Assembly (NCBI GenBank): GCA_036149055.1
Contig: JAYZQJ010000232.1
Location: 1 to 15,388 of the forward strand
DNA from: Myxococcota bacterium
Lineage (GTDB): Bacteria; Myxococcota_A; Polyangia; Polyangiales; Sandaracinaceae
Direction of reading: 5' to 3'
Length of the DNA stretch: 15,388 bases
Shown here: positions 8,165-15,388 of the stretch, piece after piece
How the letters are laid out: every line of letters starts with the position of its first letter
Position numbering within the stretch: the first letter of the stretch is position 1
Translations under genes and position numbers: made by a program
The notes under the pieces: model-generated
The model's database searches: none
Told to the model about the DNA's origin: nothing
What the model saw: the letters and a program-made list of their open reading frames with translations, nothing else

Positions 8165-8226
8165 GCGGGCCGCACCATATCGCGAAACGCGCGCCATTGC
8201 GTCCGGTCGCGGTACCCTCGCGGCGC

Positions 8227-8883
8227 ATGGAGCGAGCGGCGCGGCTGTGGCGAGCGCAGGCCCTGATCGGGCTGGCGCCGATCCTCGTCTGGGCGGGCTT
8301 CCATCTCTGGGAGCAGTGGGCCGCCTTCGGCGGGCGCACCCGCTTCGTGACCCGCCTCGCCTCCACCAGTCACGGCGGCGCGGCGCTCGCGACGGAGCTC
8401 CTCCTCGCCATCGCGCCCGCGCTCGGGTGGATCGCGCTCGAGCTGCACCTGCGGCGCGGGACGGAGCCGGCGGCGCTGGCCGGCGCCATGGCGGAGCGAC
8501 CGGAGATGGCGCGGCGGCTCGGCCTTCTGGTGAAGGCGGGGAGCTGGCTCTTCTTCGCCTGGCTCGTCTTCCACGTCGGCTGGCTCTGGTGGCCGAAGCT
8601 GGTCGAGGGCTCCGAGCCGGTGCGCACCTGGGCCCAGCTCCGCGGCGGCATGGGCGCCTGGGTGATCGCGATCCCCAACGCCGTCGGGCTGACCGCCTTC
8701 GGCCTGCACGTGTGGGGCGCGATCCCGCGCGCCCTGGCCGCGTTCGAGCTCGCCGGCGAGCCCTCCACCCGCCGCACCGCGCGGGCCTGCGGGGCGCTGC
8801 TGGCCGTCGGCTTCGTCGTGCTCTACGCCCAGCTCGCGGGCTGGCACGCGGCGGGCGCGGGCACCCTCTGGAGCTTGGAGTAG
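8227..8883 (+). CDS. Five-TM membrane protein, divergent succinate dehydrogenase cytochrome b558 (Bacillus SdhC-type) homologue
   Basis: The pattern RAQALIGLAP...FH(26)LW, E(57)LLLAIAP, AWLVFH(116)V, VGLTAFGLH(161)VW parallels B. subtilis SdhC RLHSLLGVIP...QHLV, EIFIIFLP, FVSWHVW, VGVLSTIFHFS (recalled, aligned by eye). No sdhA or sdhB is adjacent. Confidence 0.55.
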   Translation: MERAARLWRAQALIGLAPILVWAGFHLWEQWAAFGGRTRFVTRLASTSHGGAALATELLLAIAPALGWIALELHLRRGTEPAALAGAMAERPEMARRLGLLVKAGSWLFFAWLVFHVGWLWWPKLVEGSEPVRTWAQLRGGMGAWVIAIPNAVGLTAFGLHVWGAIPRALAAFELAGEPSTRRTARACGALLAVGFVVLYAQLAGWHAAGAGTLWSLE

Positions 8884-8892
8884 GATCGCGCC

Positions 8893-9822
8893 GTGGGACG
8901 GGTCTGGGCCATCGCCATCAACACCTTCCGGGAGGCCGTGCGCGACAAGGTGCTGTACGGCGTCCTCGGGTTCGCCTGCGCGATCCTGCTCTTCACGCTC
9001 GCGCTCGCCGAGCTGTCGCTCCACCAGCAGCGCCGGGTCGTGCTGGACGTGGGCCTCGCGTCGATCTCGCTCTTCAGCGTGGTGATCGCGATCTTCCTGG
9101 GCAGCTCGCTCCTCTACAAGGAGATCCAGCGCAAGACGCTCTACGTGATCCTGCCCAAGCCGATTCACCGCTGGCAGTTCCTGCTCGGCAAGTACGTCGG
9201 CATCGTCGTGACCGCGGTCGTCTTCATCGCGCTCATGGGCGGGATCCAGCTCTGGGTGACGGGGGTGCAGGCGGGGGCGCCGGGCTGGATGCTCACCGCG
9301 CTGCCGGTCGCCGGCGCCGCCACGCTCGGGCTGGCGATGTGGCGCGTCCAGGATCGCACCGCGGTGCTCGTCCCGTGGTCCCTCGCCTGGCTCGCCGCCG
9401 CCGCCGCGGTCTGCGCGACCACCGACGTCGACCTCGCGGCCATCGGCGCCGCGCTGCTCCTCGTCACCGGCGAGGTGCTCGTGCTCACCGCGGTGGCGCT
9501 GCTCTTCTCGAGCTTCTCCACCCCCTTCCTCACGGGCGCGCTGACCCTGGGCGTCTGGGTGCTCGGCCGGTCCGCCGACGAGATGCTCGAGATGCGCAGC
9601 GACACCCTGAGCGAGGGGGTGAAGTCCCTGCTCGGCGTGATCGGGCGGGTGATCCCCAACTTCCACCTCTTCTACCCGGGGCGCGGCGCGCTCACCGGCG
9701 AGACCGAGATCCCGGGCGGGGTGGCCGCCTACCTCGCGACGACGATGGGCTACGGCGTCGCCTACGCGGCGGTGATGCTGATCGCGGCGATGCTGATCTT
9801 CCGTCGGCGAGACTTCCTCTGA
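8893..9822 (+). CDS. ABC-2-type exporter permease (PilI/NosY-like)
   Basis: N-terminal AIAINTFREAVRDKVLY, central KEIQRKTLYVILPKPIHRWQFLLGKYVG and C-terminal IFRRRDF, with multiple TM helices. Confidence 0.85.
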   Translation: MGRVWAIAINTFREAVRDKVLYGVLGFACAILLFTLALAELSLHQQRRVVLDVGLASISLFSVVIAIFLGSSLLYKEIQRKTLYVILPKPIHRWQFLLGKYVGIVVTAVVFIALMGGIQLWVTGVQAGAPGWMLTALPVAGAATLGLAMWRVQDRTAVLVPWSLAWLAAAAAVCATTDVDLAAIGAALLLVTGEVLVLTAVALLFSSFSTPFLTGALTLGVWVLGRSADEMLEMRSDTLSEGVKSLLGVIGRVIPNFHLFYPGRGALTGETEIPGGVAAYLATTMGYGVAYAAVMLIAAMLIFRRRDFL

Positions 9823-10445
9823 TGCGGATCGCGGCGCGCGTCCTCGTGGCGCTCGGGGTGCTGCTCGCGGTGCTCGCGGTGCGGATCGTGAGCGCGTCGG
9901 GCGCCGAGCTCGCGCGCGGCGATCGGCTCCGGGCCCGCGGGGACGTCGACTCCGCCATCCTCGCCTACCGCCGGGCCGCGCGCTGGTACGCGCCGGGCAA
10001 CCCGAGCTCCACCGAGGCCCTCGATCGCCTGGCCGCGGTGGGCCACGCCTCCGCCGAGGCCGGCGACCTCGAGACCTCCCTGGCCGCGTGGCGCGGGCTG
10101 CGCGGCGCGATCCTCTCCACCCGCAGCCTGTGGGTCCCGCACCCCGAGCGGCTCGCCCGGGCCGAGGAGGCGATCGCGCTCGCGATGGCCGAGCGCGCGG
10201 GGCCGACCGAGCGGGCCGAGACCCGGAGCCGCGCCCGGGCCCAGCTCGCCCTCCCGGATCGCCCGCGCCTCCCCTGGACGGTGCTCCTACTCCTCGGCTG
10301 GCTCGCCTGGACCGGCGGCGCCTTCGCGTTCGCCCGCTGGGCCCTCGACGAGGAGGATCGCCCCCGCGGACGGCAGGCGCAGCTGTGGGGCACGGTGGTC
10401 GTCCTGGGCTTCGGGTGCTGGGTGATCGGAATGGCCCTCGCCTGA
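9822..10445 (+). CDS. Hypothetical membrane protein with a TPR-like helical domain (207 aa)
   Basis: ATG 9822 overlaps the permease stop (TGATG). An N-terminal TM is followed by TPR-like GDVDSAILAYRRAARWY and GDLETSLAAWR segments and two C-terminal TMs. Confidence 0.75.
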   Translation: MRIAARVLVALGVLLAVLAVRIVSASGAELARGDRLRARGDVDSAILAYRRAARWYAPGNPSSTEALDRLAAVGHASAEAGDLETSLAAWRGLRGAILSTRSLWVPHPERLARAEEAIALAMAERAGPTERAETRSRARAQLALPDRPRLPWTVLLLLGWLAWTGGAFAFARWALDEEDRPRGRQAQLWGTVVVLGFGCWVIGMALA

Positions 10446-10457
10446 CCGGCGGTCTTG

Positions 10458-10486
10458 TTGATGCCGGTGGGCCGAAGGGGTAATCC
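10458..10486 (+). promoter_or_regulatory. Putative sigma70-type promoter giving a leaderless murA mRNA
   Basis: TTGATG (10458-10463), 17 nt, TAATCC (10481-10486), 6 nt, then ATG at 10493. Confidence 0.5.
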
Positions 10487-10492
10487 CTCGCC

Positions 10493-11758
10493 ATGGACAA
10501 TCTGCGCATCGAAGGTGGGGTGCCCCTGAAGGGGACGCTGCGGATCAGCGGCGCCAAGAACGCGGCGCTGCCGATCCTCTGCGCGTCGCTCCTCGCGGAC
10601 GGCGACAGCTGCTTCCGGAACGTGCCGGACCTGACCGACATCCGGACGACGGCGAACCTCCTGCGCCACCTCGGCCTCGACGTCGAGGTCGCCCCGCCGG
10701 TCGTGAAGGTGACCGGTCGGCCGGTCGAGGAGCCGGACGCGCCCTACGACCTGGTCCGCAAGATGCGCGCGAGCGTGCTCGTGCTCGGCCCGCTCACCGC
10801 GCGCTACGGGCGCGCCCGGGTCTCGCTGCCCGGCGGCTGCGCCATCGGCGCGCGCCCGATCGATCTCCACCTCAAGGGCCTCGAGGCGATGGGCGCAGTG
10901 ATCGAGCTCGAGCACGGCTACGTGAACGTCGAGGTGCCCAAGGGCCGGCTCCGCGGCGCCGACATCTGGCTCGACGTGCCGACGGTGACCGGCACCGAGA
11001 ACCTCATGAGCGCGGCCGTGCTCGCCAAGGGGCGGACGACCCTGATGAACGCCGCGCGCGAGCCCGAGGTCGAGGAGCTGGCGCGGGTGCTCAACAAGAT
11101 GGGCGCCCACGTCGAGGGCGCCGGCACCGACACGATCACCATCCAGGGCGTCGAGGCGCTCCAGCCGATCGACCACGCGATCATCGCCGACCGGATCGAG
11201 GCCGGCACGTTCATGGTGGCCGCGGCGGCGACCGGCGGCGACGTCTACCTCGAGGGCATCACCTTCGACCACCTGCAGGCGGTCGGGGCCAAGCTGCGCG
11301 AGGCGGGCGTCGAGGTGGAGCGCGAGGGCAACGGCATCCGGGTCTCCGGTCGGCCTCCCTTCCGCCCGGTCGACATCACCACCGCGCCATACCCCGACTT
11401 CCCGACCGACATGCAGGCGCAGCTCATGATGCTGATGTGCCTCGCGGACGGCCCGAGCGTGATCACCGAGACGATCTTCGAGAACCGCTTCATGCACGTC
11501 TCGGAGCTCAACCGCATGGGCGCCGACATCGAGGTGCAGGGCCGCCGCGCGGTGGTCAACGGCCCGGCGAAGCTCCAGGGCGCGTCGGTGATGGCCACCG
11601 ATCTGCGCGCCAGCGCGTCCCTCGTGGTCGCGGGCCTCGTCGCCGAGGGCGTCACCGAGGTCCTGCGCGTCTACCACATCGACCGCGGCTACGAGCGCAT
11701 CGAGCAGAAGCTCTCGCAGGTCGGCGCGAACATCACCCGCGTCCCCGGCGAGGTCTGA
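10493..11758 (+). CDS. murA: UDP-N-acetylglucosamine 1-carboxyvinyltransferase
   Basis: Motifs [36 protein letters not shown] (active-site Cys), AAREPE, DRIEAGT, PTDMQAQ, FENRFMH, DLRA and HIDRGYE. Confidence 0.98.
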   Translation: MDNLRIEGGVPLKGTLRISGAKNAALPILCASLLADGDSCFRNVPDLTDIRTTANLLRHLGLDVEVAPPVVKVTGRPVEEPDAPYDLVRKMRASVLVLGPLTARYGRARVSLPGGCAIGARPIDLHLKGLEAMGAVIELEHGYVNVEVPKGRLRGADIWLDVPTVTGTENLMSAAVLAKGRTTLMNAAREPEVEELARVLNKMGAHVEGAGTDTITIQGVEALQPIDHAIIADRIEAGTFMVAAAATGGDVYLEGITFDHLQAVGAKLREAGVEVEREGNGIRVSGRPPFRPVDITTAPYPDFPTDMQAQLMMLMCLADGPSVITETIFENRFMHVSELNRMGADIEVQGRRAVVNGPAKLQGASVMATDLRASASLVVAGLVAEGVTEVLRVYHIDRGYERIEQKLSQVGANITRVPGEV

Positions 11759-12387
11759 TGGCGCGCCCGCTCACCATCGCCGTCCCCAAGGGGCGCATCC
11801 TGAAGCAGCTCTGCGTGCTGCTCGAGAAGGCCGGCCTCGACCCCTCGACGCTCCGGGCCGACGATCGTCGCCTCGTCCGCGACGACGAGGAGGCGGGGCT
11901 CCGCTACCTGCTCCTCAAGCCCGACGACGTCCCGACCTACGTGGAGTACGGGGCGGCGGACCTGGGCGTCGTGGGTCGCGACGTGCTGCTCGAGCGCGAG
12001 TACGATCTCTACGCCCCGCTCGACCTCGGCATCGGCCGCTGCCGGATGATGGTCGCGGGCCTGCCCGACTCGCCCGAGCCCGAGCGCACCCTGCGGGTCG
12101 GCACCAAGTTCCCCAACGTCGCCGGCCGCCACTACATGCGGCAGGGCAAGCCGGTCGAGATCATCTTCGTGCAGGGCTCGGTCGAGCTCGCGCCGCTGAC
12201 CGGCCTCGCCGACCGCATCGTCGACCTCGTGGAGAGCGGCGAGACCTTGCGCCAGAACGGCCTCGTCACCCTCGAGCACGTCTGCGACGTCTCGAGCGTC
12301 ATCGTCGCCAACCGCGCCGGCCTCAAGCTCGAGCGCGCCCGCATCCGCCCGCTCCTCGACGCCCTCGAGACGGCGATCGCGTCCTGA
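11758..12387 (+). CDS. hisG: ATP phosphoribosyltransferase, short form (209 aa)
   Basis: ATG 11758 (TGATG overlap). Motifs AVPKGRI, DVPTYVEYGAADLGVVGRDVLLE, TKFPN and GSVELAPLTGLADRIVDLVESGETLRQNGL. The C-terminal regulatory domain is absent. Confidence 0.95.
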   Translation: MARPLTIAVPKGRILKQLCVLLEKAGLDPSTLRADDRRLVRDDEEAGLRYLLLKPDDVPTYVEYGAADLGVVGRDVLLEREYDLYAPLDLGIGRCRMMVAGLPDSPEPERTLRVGTKFPNVAGRHYMRQGKPVEIIFVQGSVELAPLTGLADRIVDLVESGETLRQNGLVTLEHVCDVSSVIVANRAGLKLERARIRPLLDALETAIAS

Positions 12388-12390
12388 CGC

Positions 12391-13101
12391 TCAGGCGTCG
12401 CGTCGACGCGCGAGCGCGGTCCGCAGCGCGAAGGCCGCGCCGCCGGCGACGACGGCTCCCAGAGCGACGAGCCACCAGGGCGTGCTGGAGGGGGGCTCGG
12501 GCGTGGTGACGACGGCGGTGAGGGGGATGGGCGCGCCGGCCCGGAAGTCCCCGAGGTAGTAGAGGTCCTCGACCGGCTCGGTCGGCGCCTCGTCGTCTCC
12601 GCTCGCGACGAGGGTGGCGCCGTCGCGGACCCGGAAGGCCACGTCGGTGCGGTCGAAGACCTCGCGGCGCACCATGCGATCCTCGAAGGTGATCGTCTGC
12701 TCGCCGCCCTCGAGGGGGAGCCGCGCGACCATCTCCAACGTGACCGGGACCGCGCGCACCGGCCCGAGCGGATCGAGCCAGCCGTCGCCCCACGCGGGGT
12801 GGACCTCGGCGCCGTCCACCCGGAGGGGCAGCTCGGTGCGGAGGCCGTCGCTCCACTGCGCGAGGTAGGCGTCGCTCTCGGCCGCGCTGACCATGCCGTC
12901 GTCGTCGGCGTCGGCCGCGTCGAGCACCCGGCGGCCCTCTTCGGGGCCGAGGGTCAGCGAGACCACCACCCGCGCGCTGCGGCCGGCGACGTCGAGCTTG
13001 AGGTAGCGCTCGGCCCTCGAGATGACGTGGCCGACGTGCGCGGAGGCGCACGCCGGCCCGATCGAGAGCAGCAGGATCGCCGACGCGAGCCGGCGCCTCA
13101 T
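12391..13101 (-). CDS. Exported, C-terminally membrane-anchored hypothetical protein with N-terminal HxxH and an EF-hand-like loop
   Basis: Signal peptide ending ASA|HVGH and a DADDDGMVSAAE loop. The C-terminus has a Pro/Ser linker, a TM (WWLVALGAVVAGGAAFAL) and a basic tail. The gene starts 1 nt downstream of the pepA stop. Confidence 0.75.
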   Translation of the reverse strand: MRRRLASAILLLSIGPACASAHVGHVISRAERYLKLDVAGRSARVVVSLTLGPEEGRRVLDAADADDDGMVSAAESDAYLAQWSDGLRTELPLRVDGAEVHPAWGDGWLDPLGPVRAVPVTLEMVARLPLEGGEQTITFEDRMVRREVFDRTDVAFRVRDGATLVASGDDEAPTEPVEDLYYLGDFRAGAPIPLTAVVTTPEPPSSTPWWLVALGAVVAGGAAFALRTALARRRDA

Positions 13102-13102
13102 C

Positions 13103-14605
13103 TCACGCCTCCGCGGCCTCCTCTTCCTCGACCGCCGGCTCGGCGAGCGACTCGAGGAAGCGGATCGCGGTCATCACGCCGAAGCCGCTGCCGCCCTTGG
13201 GCGCGACGCCGTGCGGGCTGTCGAGGAAGGCCGGGCCCGCGATGTCGAGGTGCATCCAGCGCGCGTCGCCGACGAACTCCTTGAGGAAGAGCGCCGCGGT
13301 GATCGCGCCGCCCTCGCGGTTGCCGGTGTGCTTGAGATCCGCGATGTCGCTCTTGAGCATCTCGCGGAGCTCCGGGTTCAGCGGCAGCCGCCAGTAGCTC
13401 TCGCCCTCGTTCTTCGAGGCCGCGGCGTACCGGCTGGCGAAGTCGTCGTCGTCGCAGAAGAGGCCGGCCGTCCAGGGGCCGAGCGCGACCATGCAGGCGC
13501 CGGTGAGCGTCGCGTGATCGAAGAGGTAGTCCGCGCCGATCTCCTTGGTCGCGTAGGCGAGGCAGTCGGCGAGCACGAGGCGACCCTCGGCGTCGGTGTT
13601 GATGATCTCGACGAACTTGCCGTCGAGCGACGGGAAGACGTCACCCGGGCGGTAGGCGTCGTCACCGAGCATGTTCTCGGTCGAGCCGATCACGCCGTGC
13701 ACCTCGACCGGCAGCCCGAGGCGGGCGGCCGCGAGCACCACGCCGACGGTGGTCGCCGCGCCCGCCATGTCGCACTTCATGCCGTACATCGACTTCGCCG
13801 GCTTGAGGCAGAGGCCGCCCGCGTCGAAGGTGAGGCCCTTGCCCACGAAGCAGACCTTCGCGACGGGCTTCTGGCCCTTCGGCTTGTAGGTCATGTGGAT
13901 GAAGCGGGGCTCCTGTCCGCTGCCCCGGTTCACCGCCAGGAAGAGGTGCATCCCGAGCTTCTCGATGCCCTTCTTGTCCCAGACCTTGCACTGGACGCCG
14001 AGCTCCTTGCACTGCTCCTTGGCGAACTCCGCCAGCGCGGTCGGGTGCAGGTCGTTCGGCGGCGCGTTCACGAGATCGCGCGCGTGGTTGACGCTCTCGC
14101 CGAGCCCGAGGCCGGCCGCCTGCGCGTCCTTGAGCTCCGGGGTGCGCTTGGAGACGAGGATCTTCGCGGTGCCGAGGGTCTTCTTCGGCAAGCGATCGCC
14201 CGTGTAGTACCGGTCGTAGCGGTAGCCGCCGAGCACGGCGCCCGACGAGGCGGCGCGGACGAGCTCCGGGCTCTCCGCGGGCAGCGCGATGGCGATGCTG
14301 CCGTAGGTGTTCCCGGCCTGGCCTGCGGTGGCCGCGAGCTGCCGGATGGCCGTCACGTCCGGCTCGCCGTCGCCCAGGCCGACCAGCAGCACGGACTTCG
14401 CCTTGATGCCGCCGGGCGTGCACTTGAGCGTCTGCCCCGGCTTGCCGGAGAAGTCGTCCAGACGGATCGCGTTGCGCAGCGCCTTGTTCGAGGCTGCGTC
14501 GATGGCCTTGACGTTCGCGTCGCGGCTCGGGTTGCCGGAGACGCCGATCGCCAACAGGTCGGCGCGGACGTCGGTAACTGCGTCGGTGGAGAGCGTGACC
14601 TTCAT
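13103..14605 (-). CDS. pepA: Leucyl aminopeptidase, M17 family
   Basis: Motifs ARDLVNAPPN, VGKGLTFDAGG, MKCDMAGAA, NTDAEGRLVLAD, ATLTGA and WMHLDIAG. An SD-like GGAAGGA lies upstream of the ATG. Confidence 0.96.
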   Translation of the reverse strand: MKVTLSTDAVTDVRADLLAIGVSGNPSRDANVKAIDAASNKALRNAIRLDDFSGKPGQTLKCTPGGIKAKSVLLVGLGDGEPDVTAIRQLAATAGQAGNTYGSIAIALPAESPELVRAASSGAVLGGYRYDRYYTGDRLPKKTLGTAKILVSKRTPELKDAQAAGLGLGESVNHARDLVNAPPNDLHPTALAEFAKEQCKELGVQCKVWDKKGIEKLGMHLFLAVNRGSGQEPRFIHMTYKPKGQKPVAKVCFVGKGLTFDAGGLCLKPAKSMYGMKCDMAGAATTVGVVLAAARLGLPVEVHGVIGSTENMLGDDAYRPGDVFPSLDGKFVEIINTDAEGRLVLADCLAYATKEIGADYLFDHATLTGACMVALGPWTAGLFCDDDDFASRYAAASKNEGESYWRLPLNPELREMLKSDIADLKHTGNREGGAITAALFLKEFVGDARWMHLDIAGPAFLDSPHGVAPKGGSGFGVMTAIRFLESLAEPAVEEEEAAEA

Positions 14606-14659
14606 TCTTGGTTCCTTCCCCGTGGGTGCTGGGCCGCCACCCCCCGCGGTGCGGGCCGC

Positions 14660-14688
14660 ATCCTGCCATGGGCCCGGCGATGTCTCAA
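14660..14688 (-). promoter_or_regulatory. Putative sigma70-type promoter of pepA
   Basis: On the minus strand: TTGAGA (14688-14683), a 17-nt spacer ending TGG (extended -10), then CAGGAT (14665-14660), about 55 nt before the ATG. Confidence 0.45.
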
Positions 14689-14772
14689 GCGTGCGGCAAG
14701 GTCCCGCTCGGACCCCCCTCGCGACCGGCGGCCGCCACCCCTCCGCCCGCCACCTCCGCCGATCCGCGCTCG

Positions 14773-14791
14773 TAACCTCGCGAGATCATTG
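14773..14791. promoter_or_regulatory. Degenerate IHF-like binding site
   Basis: Locally AT-enriched TAACCTCGCGAGATCATTG. The reverse strand ...TCTCGCGAGGTTA partially matches WATCAANNNNTTR, and the site lies just upstream of the sigma54-like element. Confidence 0.3.
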
Positions 14792-14802
14792 ATCGGGGGA
14801 TC

Positions 14803-14818
14803 CGGCATGCCGGGTGCT
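14803..14818 (+). promoter_or_regulatory. Putative sigma54 (-24/-12) promoter of comEA
   Basis: CGGCATG-CCGG-GTGCT compared with the consensus TGGCACG-N4-TTGCW. GG (14804-14805) and GC (14816-14817) have the correct 10-nt spacing, about 70 nt before the ATG. Confidence 0.5.
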
Positions 14819-14885
14819 CTGTCTCCGCCCGACGCGGACGGGCCGCGTCGACAACGTCGATAGCGACAACACAGGAGACAGAACG

Positions 14886-15272
14886 ATGAACACCCTCGAC
14901 AACCTCATCCGCCTTCGCTGGGTCCGCGCCACGCTCGCCGCCTTCGGGCTCGCGGCCGCGCTCTTCGCGGTCAGCCCCCAGGGCGCCGAGGCGCAGCGCG
15001 CCGCCGCGAGCGAGCAGGCCCAGCCCGACGGCGTCGTGAACATCCAGACCGCCAGCCCGGAGCAGCTCCAGCTCCTGCCGGGCATCGGTCCCTCCAAGGC
15101 GGAGGCCATCGTGTCGCACCGCGAGCGCCGCGCCTTCCGCCGGGTGGAGGACCTGATGCGCGTCCGCGGCATCGGTCGCGCGACCTTCCGCCGCCTGCGC
15201 TCGATGCTCACCGTGGACGGGCCGACCACCATGGCGGCTCCCCAGCGCAGCGGTGGCGCCGCGAGCGAGTGA
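14886..15272 (+). CDS. comEA: ComEA-family helix-hairpin-helix DNA-binding protein, exported (128 aa)
   Basis: SD AGGAG at 14873-14877 and ATG at 14886. The signal peptide ends AEA|Q, followed by VNIQTASPEQLQLLPGIGPSKAEAIVSHRE..FRRVEDLMRVRGIG (two HhH motifs). Confidence 0.88.
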   Translation: MNTLDNLIRLRWVRATLAAFGLAAALFAVSPQGAEAQRAAASEQAQPDGVVNIQTASPEQLQLLPGIGPSKAEAIVSHRERRAFRRVEDLMRVRGIGRATFRRLRSMLTVDGPTTMAAPQRSGGAASE

Positions 15273-15369
15273 TCGCGTCCCTCCGGCCGAGCGCGGGGGG
15301 TCCCTCTGTGGGGGGGCGCCGCGCGGCGGCGTGGGGGCGGGTCGGGTAGCCCAGACCCCCCCGGGTGGG

Positions 15370-15388
15370 CCCCCCCCCCCCCCCCCCC
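15370..15388. other. Terminal poly-C run, probably a contig-end sequencing or assembly artefact
   Basis: 19 consecutive C residues at the very end of the window, after a G/C-run-rich stretch. Confidence 0.6.

Noticed and set aside
7626..10641. Long ORFs 7626..10445 + and 7939..10641 -
   Set aside because: Only the last 207 codons of the plus ORF (from ATG 9822) look like a real protein. The rest is shadow of the kinase, SdhC-like and permease genes.
14606..14660. Riboswitch or attenuator in the pepA leader
   Set aside because: Short GC hairpins can be drawn, but I recognise no conserved riboswitch motif or leader peptide. An Rfam search would be needed.
9965..14863. Antisense ORFs over murA, hisG and pepA (9965..11677 -, 11689..12279 -, 13022..14863 +)
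   Set aside because: They are mirror frames of strongly codon-biased conserved genes and carry no recognisable motifs.

Overview
A very GC-rich, gene-dense bacterial window, probably from Myxococcota. That assignment is an inference from a myxococcal Cys-rich repeat protein and the strong GC3 bias. I can support 17 CDSs. In order: the 3' end of a Cys-rich tandem-repeat protein; a secreted tandem SRPBCC/START-like protein; a five-gene coupled operon (transaldolase, small outer-membrane beta-barrel, Nudix hydrolase, NAD kinase, unknown lipoprotein); a minus-strand pair (YegS/DAGK lipid kinase, lnt); an orphan SdhC/cytochrome b558-like membrane protein, an orphan ABC-2 permease and a TPR-like membrane protein; murA and short-form hisG; pepA with a His/EF-hand membrane-anchored protein; and a divergent ComEA-like gene. 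The window is mostly housekeeping. I saw no mobile element, CRISPR array, RNA gene or defence system, and I cannot claim a clearly new system. The best leads are (1) the stand-alone SdhC-like protein that appears to lack one proximal-heme ligand, (2) the possible NADP(H)-homeostasis operon with a NADK2/NADK3-type kinase, (3) recurring leaderless-type promoters, and (4) a candidate sigma54/IHF/enhancer arrangement upstream of comEA. All family calls come from motif recognition by eye; no database search was run.
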